NCBI GenBank assembly: GCA_022605425.2
Contig: CM061254.1
Location: 496,001 to 560,000, forward strand
Reading direction: 5' to 3'
From: Hamiltosporidium tvaerminnensis FI-OER-3-3
Lineage: Eukaryota; Fungi; Microsporidia
DNA length: 64,000 bases
The translations under genes were made by a program, and so were the position numbers. The notes under the pieces were generated by a model that saw only the letters and a program-made list of their open reading frames with translations, searched no databases and was not told the DNA's origin. Shown here in pieces: positions 25,528 to 36,546 of this stretch; positions within the stretch are counted from its first letter, which is position 1, and every line of letters begins with the position of its first letter.

Positions 25528-27195
25528 ATGTTAGAACAGAAACCATTACAACAAACTTTAATAGATCTTTATAAAAGATCTTTGAACAATTCAATTCAAT
25601 TTATTACAAAAATAGGATTCTCAACTCCAATAACAATTTCTTATACAGATAAAGAAATATATTGTAAATCATTATTTGAAGTAAAAGAATACAGAAAACT
25701 TTATGGTTTTTTATTGTGTATAGAAAGTAAAAAATATCCAGAAGAAATAATATTTTGTAATTGTTGTACTCCAATATACAACTATTATAGAAACATATCT
25801 TTATATAAAGATAGAGAGAGACAAGGTTTGAAATCATTTATTGTTCATAATACACCACCACCTACAGATTCTTACCTTCTTTATATACATGCCCTATGTA
25901 CATATAAACAGAAACATAAAGAAAAAATTTTATGTCGTTGTATTAATATAAATCCATATTTCTGGGACCCCTACTTACTTCTTTTATATAGTGATATATC
26001 TTTATTGGAAATACCACTCACCCCAATATTTCATATATTTGTACTGTATTCCTATACACATTCTATCAACCCTTCTAACCTACTTAAAAATTCTATAAAG
26101 TTTCTTATAAATTCTCTTCAACCTATTCTATCAATAAATCCATCACAAGAAAATAATAATTTTGATATAAACACATCAGAGATAAATTTTAATTTTAATG
26201 AAATGAAATATTTAGAAGAAAATTCATTAGAAATAATTGATAATAATAAAATATATTCTAATGAAGAAATGATTAATTATAATAAAGAAACAAATTATAA
26301 TAAAACGTATTCCAATGAAAAACTAGAAAAATCTAATGAATCGATTAATATAAATAACTATAATACTATTCCATTTAAAATAGCACTTCTTGCAGCCACT
26401 TTCTATTATTTAAAAGAATTTGATAAAAGTATTCTTCTATTTAATTTTATACAAAATAATTTTCCTTTAAATTTGGATTTTTACGATCTTTTTTCTAATA
26501 TTTTATATATAAAAAATGATATAAAACAACTAGCAAGTCTCACAACAAAATGTGTAGAATTAAATCCAGAAAGACCTGAAACAATGTGTGTTATAGCTAA
26601 CTATTACTCATTAAAAGGTAACCATGAAAATGCTATAGAATATTTTAAAAAGGCTATTACTTTTTCACCTACTTTTACTTCTGTTTATACCCTGATTGGA
26701 CACGAATATATGGAATTAAAAGAATATAATATGGCTATTTACAGTTACAATAAAGCATTAAAATATAATAAAACTGATTATAGAGCATGGTATGGATTAG
26801 GAAAAGTATATTTATCACTTTCTTTAAAAGAATATTCTTCATATTTTTATATAAAAGCTTCTGAATTAAAACCAGATGATTCTTATATATGGTTATGTCT
26901 TGGACAGGTAAAATTACTTTGTAATTCTATTGAAGAATCTGTTTCTTGTTTTTTAAAAGCTACCACCTTAGGGGATATTGATGGGTATTTAATGATAGCT
27001 GATCTTTATAAAAACGAAAAAAGATATTATGAAGCAGTAATTTATTATGAAAAATATGTTGATGAGTGTAAAGAAAGGAAAGAGGATATTTATAAGATTT
27101 GTGTGTTTCTATGTGAGTACTATAATGAAATAGGAAATATAAAGAAAGTAGAATTTTATACAAAAATGATGGAAGAATATGAAGGAAGATCTTAA
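25528..27195 (+). CDS. CDC23: Anaphase-promoting complex subunit 8 (Cdc23), TPR protein, copy 1 (555 aa)
   Basis: NPYFWD, DLFSNILY, RPETMCVIANYYSL..HENAIEYFKKA, TLIGHEYMELK, DYRAWYGLG. CCCCC upstream of the ATG. Confidence 0.93.
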   Translation: MLEQKPLQQTLIDLYKRSLNNSIQFITKIGFSTPITISYTDKEIYCKSLFEVKEYRKLYGFLLCIESKKYPEEIIFCNCCTPIYNYYRNISLYKDRERQGLKSFIVHNTPPPTDSYLLYIHALCTYKQKHKEKILCRCININPYFWDPYLLLLYSDISLLEIPLTPIFHIFVLYSYTHSINPSNLLKNSIKFLINSLQPILSINPSQENNNFDINTSEINFNFNEMKYLEENSLEIIDNNKIYSNEEMINYNKETNYNKTYSNEKLEKSNESININNYNTIPFKIALLAATFYYLKEFDKSILLFNFIQNNFPLNLDFYDLFSNILYIKNDIKQLASLTTKCVELNPERPETMCVIANYYSLKGNHENAIEYFKKAITFSPTFTSVYTLIGHEYMELKEYNMAIYSYNKALKYNKTDYRAWYGLGKVYLSLSLKEYSSYFYIKASELKPDDSYIWLCLGQVKLLCNSIEESVSCFLKATTLGDIDGYLMIADLYKNEKRYYEAVIYYEKYVDECKERKEDIYKICVFLCEYYNEIGNIKKVEFYTKMMEEYEGRS

Positions 27196-27369
27196 GAAAA
27201 GAATGTATAAAAAGAGTTATTAAGCCAAGAATAATGTAATTAAAGAATCGTATAAATTTTTAATGTAATAATAGCTATGTATATTATAAGAGGGTATTTT
27301 TGTACAATTATTAAGAATAAATTTTTTATAATTTTTGTATTTTTTTTATTCTATCATTAGTTTCATTTT

Positions 27370-28050
27370 ATAGAGAGAATAGCCTCGTTAAAAACGATCT
27401 GCTTGTCAATGGTTGTGTAGAATCGGTGTTAAATTGTTTTTTGACCATTAAAAGGAATGAAAACCGCAATAAATTTTCGGTTGTTGGGCTGGAATTTGAT
27501 ATGAAAGAGAAAATATACAAAACAGTTAACTTATTCCTGTAAAGATATTGGTTTTGTTTTTAAGGAACTGGATTAGGAACAACGGCTGAACTAATAGATA
27601 ATTGTCATATAAATACAAGAAAACATAGCCTTTCTCACTCGGGTTAAAATATTATCCCAATAGGAAATACGGAAAAAACTTCTTAATAGAAAACCATGAA
27701 TATTAATTAGCTGGTTATAAATGTTATTTGAAACATGAAATCGTTTCGTAAATCCTATTATTTTGCCTGGAAATATCTTAACTACAAGTCTATTTAATTC
27801 AGTTTGCATAGCTTAATTAGATGCTGCCAGTCCTCGAGAATATTAAGATATGTTTCAAAGTCTAACATACATTATTAACGGATTATAACCGACTAAGTAA
27901 CTGCCTCTCTTATTTAATGCATTCTAAATATCTTTTATGAAAAGCTTTGAGATGTAGGTATCTTTGAAGATAGCGCTGGTTTTTTAGTAAGCAGTTATTA
28001 AAGTTAAACTTAGAACAATTCAATTTTACGAAAACAGAATTTTTTATGTC
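27370..28050 (+). repeat. Dispersed repeat copy C
   Basis: aaaaacgatctgcttg.caatg, ctcactcgggtta, gagatgtaggtatc, ttaaacttagaac. Confidence 0.7.
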
Positions 28051-28089
28051 CCAGTTTTGCATCTGTGTTTATTTAAAATAGAAAATTTT

Positions 28090-29460
28090 CATTTTTTTAA
28101 AATTCTAGTTTAACAGATTTATCATCTTTGAAATGATTTCTTCTGCCCTGAACCCTCTCAATTTATTCTTCTAAAACCGACTCTTTATTTACATTAATTG
28201 TTGGCTTCTTCACGGTGGTACCGTTTTGTAAAATAAGTGCTATTTTTTTTATATTTTATGTTTTAACACCATATTTCTCAGTATTCAGTCGATTTTATAG
28301 ATTGTTCGATTTTTGTGCATCTCAGCTATTTTAATAACATCTATAGACGCTCTTTTCCACTCCATTCGGACTGTGGTCTTGAACCAAGTTCTCTTCGTCT
28401 ATCAAAGTAATTGTTTAGATTGTTTTTTTAAGTACTATGAATAGTATATATGTCTCTATTTATGGATATTTGAAGTTTCTTAAGACACATCTTATGGTAT
28501 TTTGTAACAATACCGTCACCGGGCACTACAGAGGAAATTATCTCAATATTGCATTTATAAATAAGACCTAACTCTCTTGCTAATAGGTTATACTTCCTAA
28601 GCTTCTCTGTTTTAACTATTTGAAGAGAGTATTGGGATGTGATTTCTCCTACAATGAGGATTATTCTGTTCTGTCTCTTGTCCCAAATAAATATAGCTGG
28701 CCTTTTCACCGAATATTGACATTGTTTTTATTCGAGCCTAACACTCATCTCTGTATACTCATTATATAGAATTTCTCAGACAAAGTTACACCTAATTCGT
28801 TTTAAGGCTTAAAATGAATTCTAGATAGTAGGAGTAAGTGTATGCATCGTACCCCTTTATTGTGTCATCTACTATAGTCATGACCAAGTATTTTTTCCCA
28901 TCTTGTTGCTAAGTGGTCCATTTTTTCCTAGACAGGTTGCAGCGATGACACATACTTTCTGCATCCCAGAATACATTTCAATCCTGAATATAACAGAAAA
29001 AAGTTCCATCACGTGGCTTAATATTCCCCTTCTTCAACCTTCATGAAAAGTCACTAACACCTACAAGCTCGTTATTCTAGCATTACATTTCTTTAAATGT
29101 TGTTTTAGGTTTTTGATTTTGTTAGATAGATTAGCTAGTTGAGATTCTTCCAAATTCTTTCTTTGCGACTTCTTCTTTCTACCTGTATTTTATTTTTGAA
29201 AAGTATTTTATTAGTGAAAGATGATTCTGTTATTGTGGCTCAACCTTTAGGCTCGTTGCTCTTCTGGTTGATGTATCTTTATATTTTTCCAGACTATTCA
29301 GAAGGGGCAAAAGCATATGTTAGCTATGCAACTCAAAACTACGAACGCCTCTTCCAAGTTCTGTTTTAAAAAGGTGTAAACGCTCTTTGCATCTTAGTGA
29401 AGATGTATCCTATTCGTTACCAAAACCGAAAGAACTGCGTCATAACTTTGCAAAGTCCGG
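28090..29460 (-). mobile_element. Old 5'-truncated R4/Dong-like fragment
   Basis: RPAIFIWDKRQNRI...SLQIVKTEKLRKYNLLARELG, remnants of the CCHC region and RLYLP, degenerate terminus near 28095. Confidence 0.85.
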
Positions 29461-29710
29461 AATTTGAGTAAAAATACATTTATATGCAACTTCATTAAGG
29501 ATATTGCATGTTATTGTTGCTTGAAAACTAATTCTTGCATTCAGATCCTTCGACAAAATGTCGCTATTTATTCTATAAATTTAACCAGTAGTTCACTAAA
29601 TGACCAAACGAAAATCCACATAAATATTATATTAAATAATTTTTGATGTTTTAAATGAAGAATAGATCGCTTCGTTCTGATTTCGCTTTTTGGCTCAAAA
29701 TTATTAAGAT

Positions 29711-29939
29711 TCATCCTCAGCACTACAAATCTGCACGAGCCTTGGCCTCTCTTAGCAATATCGCCGACCAGTCTTTTTTAGTGGGTAGGTTTACTTTTCT
29801 GGTTTGTAACAAGTTGGTTTAAAAGGGTGGGTTGTTAGCCCTACGCCCAACCCCGATTTGGAGAACCAGTCCATTTTATCGCTTCTTACGACAAGCAAAG
29901 AATACTCCAAGCCAATACTACTCCCGGCATGGAGAAGCG
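29711..29939 (-). mobile_element. 229-bp non-autonomous RTE-derived (bipartite, SINE-like) insertion
   Basis: Perfect 12-bp TSD aattattaagat (29699-29710 / 29940-29951); GC-richer than flanks. Minus strand ends gaggccaaggctc...tgtagtgctgaggatga like RTE 3' tails, and the 5' part carries hairpin motifs typical of RTE 5' ends (recognised from memory). Confidence 0.7.
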
Positions 29940-30409
29940 AATTATTAAGATATACTTGAAAATTAATTATATATTAACTTTCTTTGTAATTTTATCTGCA
30001 TTATGTTGATTATTAAAGATTTTTCATAAATTAAAAGCCCCTTTCTGATAATATCAAGAGAGTTGAAATATCTTAAAGTTAACCGGCTTGGCTTTCCTTA
30101 AATTTCTTCGTATAGATTTGTCGAAGAACATTCAACATTTATTTTGCAATATTGCTTAAGAAAAAATACTATAAGTATTTGTATTTCAATTGTATACTTT
30201 AAATTAAATTATTTTAATATTTTATAAGATTAGGAATTAAAAAATTAATATAATAGTTAGCTTGCATTATAAAAACAAATCTTTGTATTATACCTTTGAA
30301 AGGTTATTTTTAAAAAAATGACAAATAAGAAATTATAGAAGCAAAATAAAGCAAAGATTTTGGAATTTTTTTAAAACAGAATATTTTTATTGAGTTAAAG
30401 AGTATATCT

Positions 30410-32583
30410 CAAATTTTATTCCCCCTAGAAAAAGTTGAAGTAATCACAACCTTAAAGGCCTTATATTTTTTTAAATATATGAAACCAGTCTGATTTATGA
30501 AAATAAAACATTCTTTCAATACCAACGTTTTTAAAATTTGTATTTTTCTAAATTACTGTTTAAATTATCACAATTCTTACATCTTATATTAAAGCCAATG
30601 AGTTCAAGATATTCTACTTTAGCCAGAAGATAAAAAAACTCCTCACAGGAAATATCAATTGAATCATTATTAGTCAGAATTGAAGCCAAAATGAGTTTCT
30701 TTGGCAAGTTAAAATTATCAAATAGCTATAAAATACTAGATATTCTACTTTCAAATAAATTTTTTCCGAAATGAATTTTTAAACTTTTCAGGGCATATTT
30801 TTTCGGCTTTGAAAATCTTTTTAAATAAAAGATTGTGCTAAAATCAACTTCGAGAATCTTCAAAGTCGGTAAAAATGTAAAAAAAAGTCTTCCTTACCTT
30901 TCAAATTCAGAAGTGTAAGACTCTATAAAAATTTACCCTGTATAACTTTTCTAATCCTATATATATTTGAGCATCAAATTTATCAAAATAAAGATTTTCA
31001 AGCTTTATTTTTTTGGTTATTCGTCTTAAAATTAGGTGTGAATCAAATGAGTCTTCAATCTGACAAGATTTAAATTTGATCGATCCAATTTCTTTATGTT
31101 CCAACAAAAAAGAAAAAAATAAATGAACAGACAAAAAGTTTCGAAACTCATTTCTTTGATATCTTTAATTCCTTTTGGGGAAACCAAAACAATTTCTATA
31201 TATCTTGAAGGATCATATGCGTTTTCAAAATAAAAACTATAATGAGATTAAAAATCATCGATGATGAATTTGGCAGTATAACTTTTAATTATATATTTAA
31301 TGTTTATTCTATCCAATTTACTTGTAAATTCCCTTAAATACTTAAAATAAAACGCAGAACTTATATTATATATCACCGAAATACTTTTATTGAAAATTAT
31401 TCGTTCTAAAAAATCTACGTTAGTTGAAGCACCAATTGTATTTTCTATAATGCCTTAATCAATTATTTCCAATTTTTTGAAACGAATATTAGTTGAATTC
31501 GTGAAAGATTCGAAACTGTAAATTTCCAATATCCTTAAAGTATCTTTAAATTTATTAAAGATCGAAAAATCAAGTATAATTCTTTTTGTTGAATCAGATC
31601 GATTAATTAATATGTGTTCTAACGCCTCAAAATGAATCATTAGTGACCATATATGACAAATTTCGCAGTTATAAATTCTAAGATTTTTGATTCCTTCCAA
31701 AGGAAGCCGTAGAGAATAATAATCCTTAATCATTTTCCAGATATTAACCTTGGGTATTGAAGATTTACGCATTTTATCTAACAAGTAATCTTTTGAATCT
31801 GATATATCTATGAAAGGATTGAAATTTAGACTTTATTTACTTAATTTTTAAGAAAAGATTTTATTATGTTGAAATTGCCATATTCAAGCGCCAAATTTCC
31901 CTGAATGTTTAAAAATATCTCTAAGTGCTCATTGTTGTTTGCAACAAAAAAAATTTCAAACGCGATCTCTCACTTGATTCTTGAAATTTTATAAATGTAG
32001 TTGAAAATCTTTTATCACTACGAATTCTTTCGGGAAAACATTCAGATATTTCCTTATAAAAAGAAAAATTATATTTTGGAATGAACTCATAAAAACAAGA
32101 GCAATTTTTGAAAAGTTCCGAAAACAAAACTTCTAAACGACCCTTTTCGAATTCCAATAGTAAATGATCTATGATGCAACAAAATTTAAGCATGAAATCT
32201 TTATTAAATTTTTCAGAAATCTTTTGATAATTCAATAAATTTTTAAACAAATTGTAGTATTTAACGTTGAAGAAACACGGAAATAAAATTGGTTCTTTTG
32301 TAAAACCATTTGGCTTTAGATAGGCATTTATCATTTCTGATTTATATCCATATCTACTATCGTATTCAAATTCAACAACTGTATATATACTTAGATCCCA
32401 TGTTTTTACACACTCATATGCTTCATAATGAATTCTTGCGGTTATATTTTCAAAAAATTCTTCGTCTTGAGAATTTTTTTATTTCTGTATCTATAATTCC
32501 GAATTTTATTATCTCAGATTTAACATTATTTATCAGAACCATAATAAAAAACAAATAAAAGATTTTTTGGCTTTGTTATTCAT
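30410..32583 (-). pseudogene. Fragmented LRR-like, probably secreted protein pseudogene
   Basis: Co-oriented ORF pieces 31921-32334, 31455-31784 and 30907-31134 with IKNLRIYNC, LEHILI, LRILEI, LENLYF. Hydrophobic signal-like N-terminus after ATG 32583 (frameshifted). Confidence 0.55.
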
Positions 32584-33384
32584 CAAAAGGACTTGCATAT
32601 TCATTTTGAAAGGCACTACTACTTTATTTTAATAACGTAATTGAAATTAATTTATTTGAGTCTAAACTGTAAATTTAAAAAAATTGTTTTTTTTTAGTTC
32701 ACCGTTAATTACTTTAAAAAATTAATCTTGATTTTTTAAAAACTTAAAATAATTATAATACGACAAATTTTATTTATGGTGAATGGTATTCTGTTCTTTT
32801 TAATTAATTGAAAGTTCACAATTTTCCCTTTTTTTTCATTTAGAGTTTCGATTTTTTGAAGCAGAAATTGAATACTCGGAGTGTAAATATTCAAGACCTT
32901 AATTTCTCCTTGAGAACTAGAAAAGTAAGCTTTCCCAAATGAATTCATGATTTCAAACGATTTACATGGGGGTTATATAGTCCGATCTACACTTCGATTT
33001 TATTTTTGCGAAAATTCACAAATTTATTTCCAATCATAAGATAAAAACTTAAATTACAAAATAAAAAATACATTTAAGAATGTAAAGAACCACCGAAAAA
33101 AACCTTTAAAATAGTTACAAAATAATCGCAAAATTATAAAAAATATTTTCAAAACTCTAAAAGTCAGTCATTTCTATTTTAAGATATTCAAAATGCTTTT
33201 TTTGTTTAAATTAAATTTCTTTCTGTATTTAGAAGATAGCCATATAATTATTAGAAATGATTTCAGAATACAGTTTGTGAATGATAAAGGCAGATTTTAT
33301 ATTCAATTTATTGTACTTTATAAATCAATTTTAAATTTTTTAAATCGATCTATCTATATTTGGTCTATTTAAAGAATTTTTTCT

Positions 33385-34085
33385 ATAATAGTGGTCGAAA
33401 GTGTGACAAACATTAAAACTATCTGTTTTGAAATTTATAAGAGAAATTAGTGCGAAGCAATTATTTGAACTTGTGGTCAAATAAGTGCCAGAATGCTCTT
33501 TTGTTTCATAGGAAATATATAACGAGGAAATAATCTATAAAACAGTGCAAGGTATATTCAAAGAAGTTTGTGGTCTATTATGTAACTATATTAGAAACCA
33601 CTTCTGAAATTTTGAGTAATGGTTGTGAAAACAACATGGAATCTAATCTTGCTTACCCGGTTAGAAGACTTGGCGCTTATGAGATACAAAAAAATATCTT
33701 TCCAAATTCAGAAAAGCCGACTAGCAGGTTATATCCGTGGGTATACGATTGCAATTTCCGGGTCGATCCATCTAAATCGCTAAGATATATATGAGCCGAA
33801 ATATATTTGGTCAAGAATAGGATACCAAGTAAAATGCTGCCTAGTCTCGAGAAGCCCGGGATAGACTTCAAATACAATCATACACCATGCAACGTATATT
33901 AACGAACCCAAGGCAACTGCCTTGCCTATTAATTGGAATATACACAATTTTTAGATAAAAGGCTTATAGATGTAGGTATCGCCGGGGTAGATAGAGTGAT
34001 AAGGTGCATATTATTATGTTAAACCTAGAACCGCGTTAATGTCATGAAACAAATATAACACTGCCCCTATTTTAAAAAGATGTGA
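33385..34085 (+). repeat. Dispersed repeat copy D
   Basis: gcttacccggttagaaga, agcaggttatat, attaacgaac, gatgtaggtatc, atgttaaacctagaaccgcgttaatgtcatgaaa. Confidence 0.8.
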
Positions 34086-34916
34086 TACTTTTAAATAAAC
34101 AATTCTTTAAAATGTTTAAGTCGGGCTTGAATCTTTTTTTAAATTCTTGCAATAGAAATAGTTTAAATTTAATTGCAATGTTTTTTTCTGTGTTTAGCTG
34201 TAATGGTATACTGCTATAGAATCACGAAGCTGCAATACAGGGGAGAATTTTAAGTTTCTAACTTCTTGTTTTAACCGTTTTTTTAGCCAGCGATAGAAAA
34301 AACATATTTTAATTCACATTTATATACATTAAAAGATTTATATACCTTGAAGGATTTTCAATCTTTGCGAGTATCCGACCAAATTTCGTCTATACAGCCA
34401 AGAAAACTATTCTATGGTATTTTTGACAATTATCTTCTGATCACTAGATATATTTTGCATTAAAAAAAAAGGTTTCAGCTCTGAAAGGTATTTATTATAG
34501 AGTAGTTGTAAATTTTGCAAACATAGATTTCTGGATGATAAAGGCGTAATATAATCTCAAATGTACAAAAGAAAAACAATATTTGATTCGGTGTATTTCT
34601 TAGTCATTTTAATAAAAACTTATTTTAGTCTATACAAATAAAAGGCTCGCAGATTATTGTAACATATCTTCTTATATCAATCTTCCCTTCTTCTTCACCC
34701 CTGGTTATTTGAAATATTCTCTATTGATTTCATTTTATGCGAGCCGAATTTCTAGTTTTACCCATAACTTCATAAAAAATTGTATAAAAAATTTGAAAAA
34801 AGAAAATTGAAAAAAAATTGTAAGAAAATACAAAATCAAACAAAAAATCAAACAAAAATATATAAACCATTAATAATCTTCAAATAAAAAAACGAATAAA
34901 ATAATAATTACTTAAC

Positions 34917-35274
34917 TCATAATTTAATTGATTCTTTCATCTTAAGAAGTGGATTGATTCTCTCTTTTCTAGCATGTACCGATCTAACTCTTACTATTCT
35001 CATATGACACGCACAAGAAACACAATGCTGTTGTTTACTAAACAACTTAGGTATTTCATACGTTTCATATATAGAAGCTGCTTTTATATCATCATAAGCT
35101 GCTTGTTCAATAAGATTTCTAATTTGAAATCTTTTTATTATTTTATCCTTTGGACATGCTCTTGAACAATGGTCACATCTTATAAATGAAACGTGTCCTC
35201 GATTTTTCTTTGCTCTTCCATGATTTCTACGTTTTACAGTCTTAAATAAGAAAAATGTATTAAAAACTTACCAT
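34917..35274 (-). CDS. RPS26: 40S ribosomal protein S26 (eS26), exons 35274-35272 (ATG only) and 35240-34917, 108 aa
   Basis: M|TVKRRNHGRAKKNRGHVSFIRCDHCSRACPKDK...IPKLFSKQQHCVSCACHMRIVRVRS. Missed by the ORF track. Confidence 0.97.
35241..35271 (-). other. 31-nt intron directly after the RPS26 start codon
   Basis: gtaagtttttaatacatttttcttatttaag; acceptor is AAG. Confidence 0.9.
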
Positions 35275-35389
35275 TTTATGGGGTAAAGAAAATAAATTAT
35301 AAAAGAAGAACAGAAGTTTATAGACACATTTAAAAGGTAGGATATGATTTTAAAAAAAGGGTAATATTTAATTATAAAGTGTGTTATTT

Positions 35390-35620
35390 AATGGTAGGGT
35401 ATGATTTAAGTAAAATATTTCTAATTAAAGTGTTCTAAACTAAGGGTGTGGTAATGGTAGGGTATGATTTAAAACCAGTGTGTTATTAATTATAAAGTGT
35501 TTTAAACCAAGGGTGTGGTAATGGTAGGGTATGATTTAAGTAAAGTGTTATTTATATAAAAGTGTTCTAAACTAAGGGTGTGGTAATGGTAGGGTATGAT
35601 TTAAGTAAAGTGTTATTTAC
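35390..35620. repeat. G-rich tandem repeat (~67-bp units) upstream of RPS26
   Basis: aagggtgtggtaatggtagggtatgatttaa occurs 3x, plus a partial copy. Confidence 0.9.
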
Positions 35621-35899
35621 CAGTAAAATATGCCTGATTAAATGTTTGTTATTTAAAGGTAGGTTATTATTCAATTAATATGGTATTATCTATAAATCTA
35701 ACGAAAAATGATTTTCTTGATAATTTTTTAGTTTATAAACACCACAATTTTTTTATGAAAATTAAATATTTTATATTTTTTTGATGGCAGGAATGCATTT
35801 ATAGGGTTAATATAGTATATTACTTTCTTAATTTAACTAATATCTCTTAGATATGTGTACGTCATTAAAAATTTTCAACCAAAGGGTGTATATAACCCA

Positions 35900-36440
35900 T
35901 AATAAAGTGAGGAAGTTTTTCTGGTCTCTTAATATCATTTTTCCTGGTTTCAATCGCTAGTTGAAGCCTACCTTGGGTTTCCAAATATGTCTTACATTCC
36001 CACTTACTTCACATTTTCCAAACCAAATAGACTTTAAGCTAAGATATATCTCAGAGACCCACACAGAGTCCATCTAGACACTCAATGTCATACCACTTAA
36101 TATAATTTGCTATTTATCTTTCCTTGGGTTTCGCTAAGATTTATATTATTATCTCCCAGCGCTAAATCTTCTAGTTTAAGTGAGCAAAGCTAAGTTCCGA
36201 TAGATTTATATAATATCTAAATATGTTTTCAACCGTGGTTTCTAATATATTTTCATAGAAAACTACAATCTAAGTTTTTTAAATAATTTTTTTAATATTT
36301 TGTACATCTTCTCCTCGTTATATAATTTTCCATTTAAAACAAAAAATTTAGTGGTTATTTAATCCAGTAAGAATAAAAAAAATAGTTTTCACACCAATTT
36401 CACATATTTATTACCAAGCAAATATTTTTCGAGGTGATTT
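35900..36440 (-). repeat. Dispersed repeat copy E
   Basis: Reverse complement has tttgctcacttaaactagaagatttagcg, gtggtatgacattg..tctagatggactc and a 5' block matching copy B. Confidence 0.7.
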
Positions 36441-36546
36441 TTCTCTTTTTATAGAGAAGAAATAGATTGTAATTCAAGTAAAATATTTAAAAAAGAATTG
36501 AAGTTAAATCTAAAAAAAAGTCAAAAAATCTTTAAAAAAAACTTAC

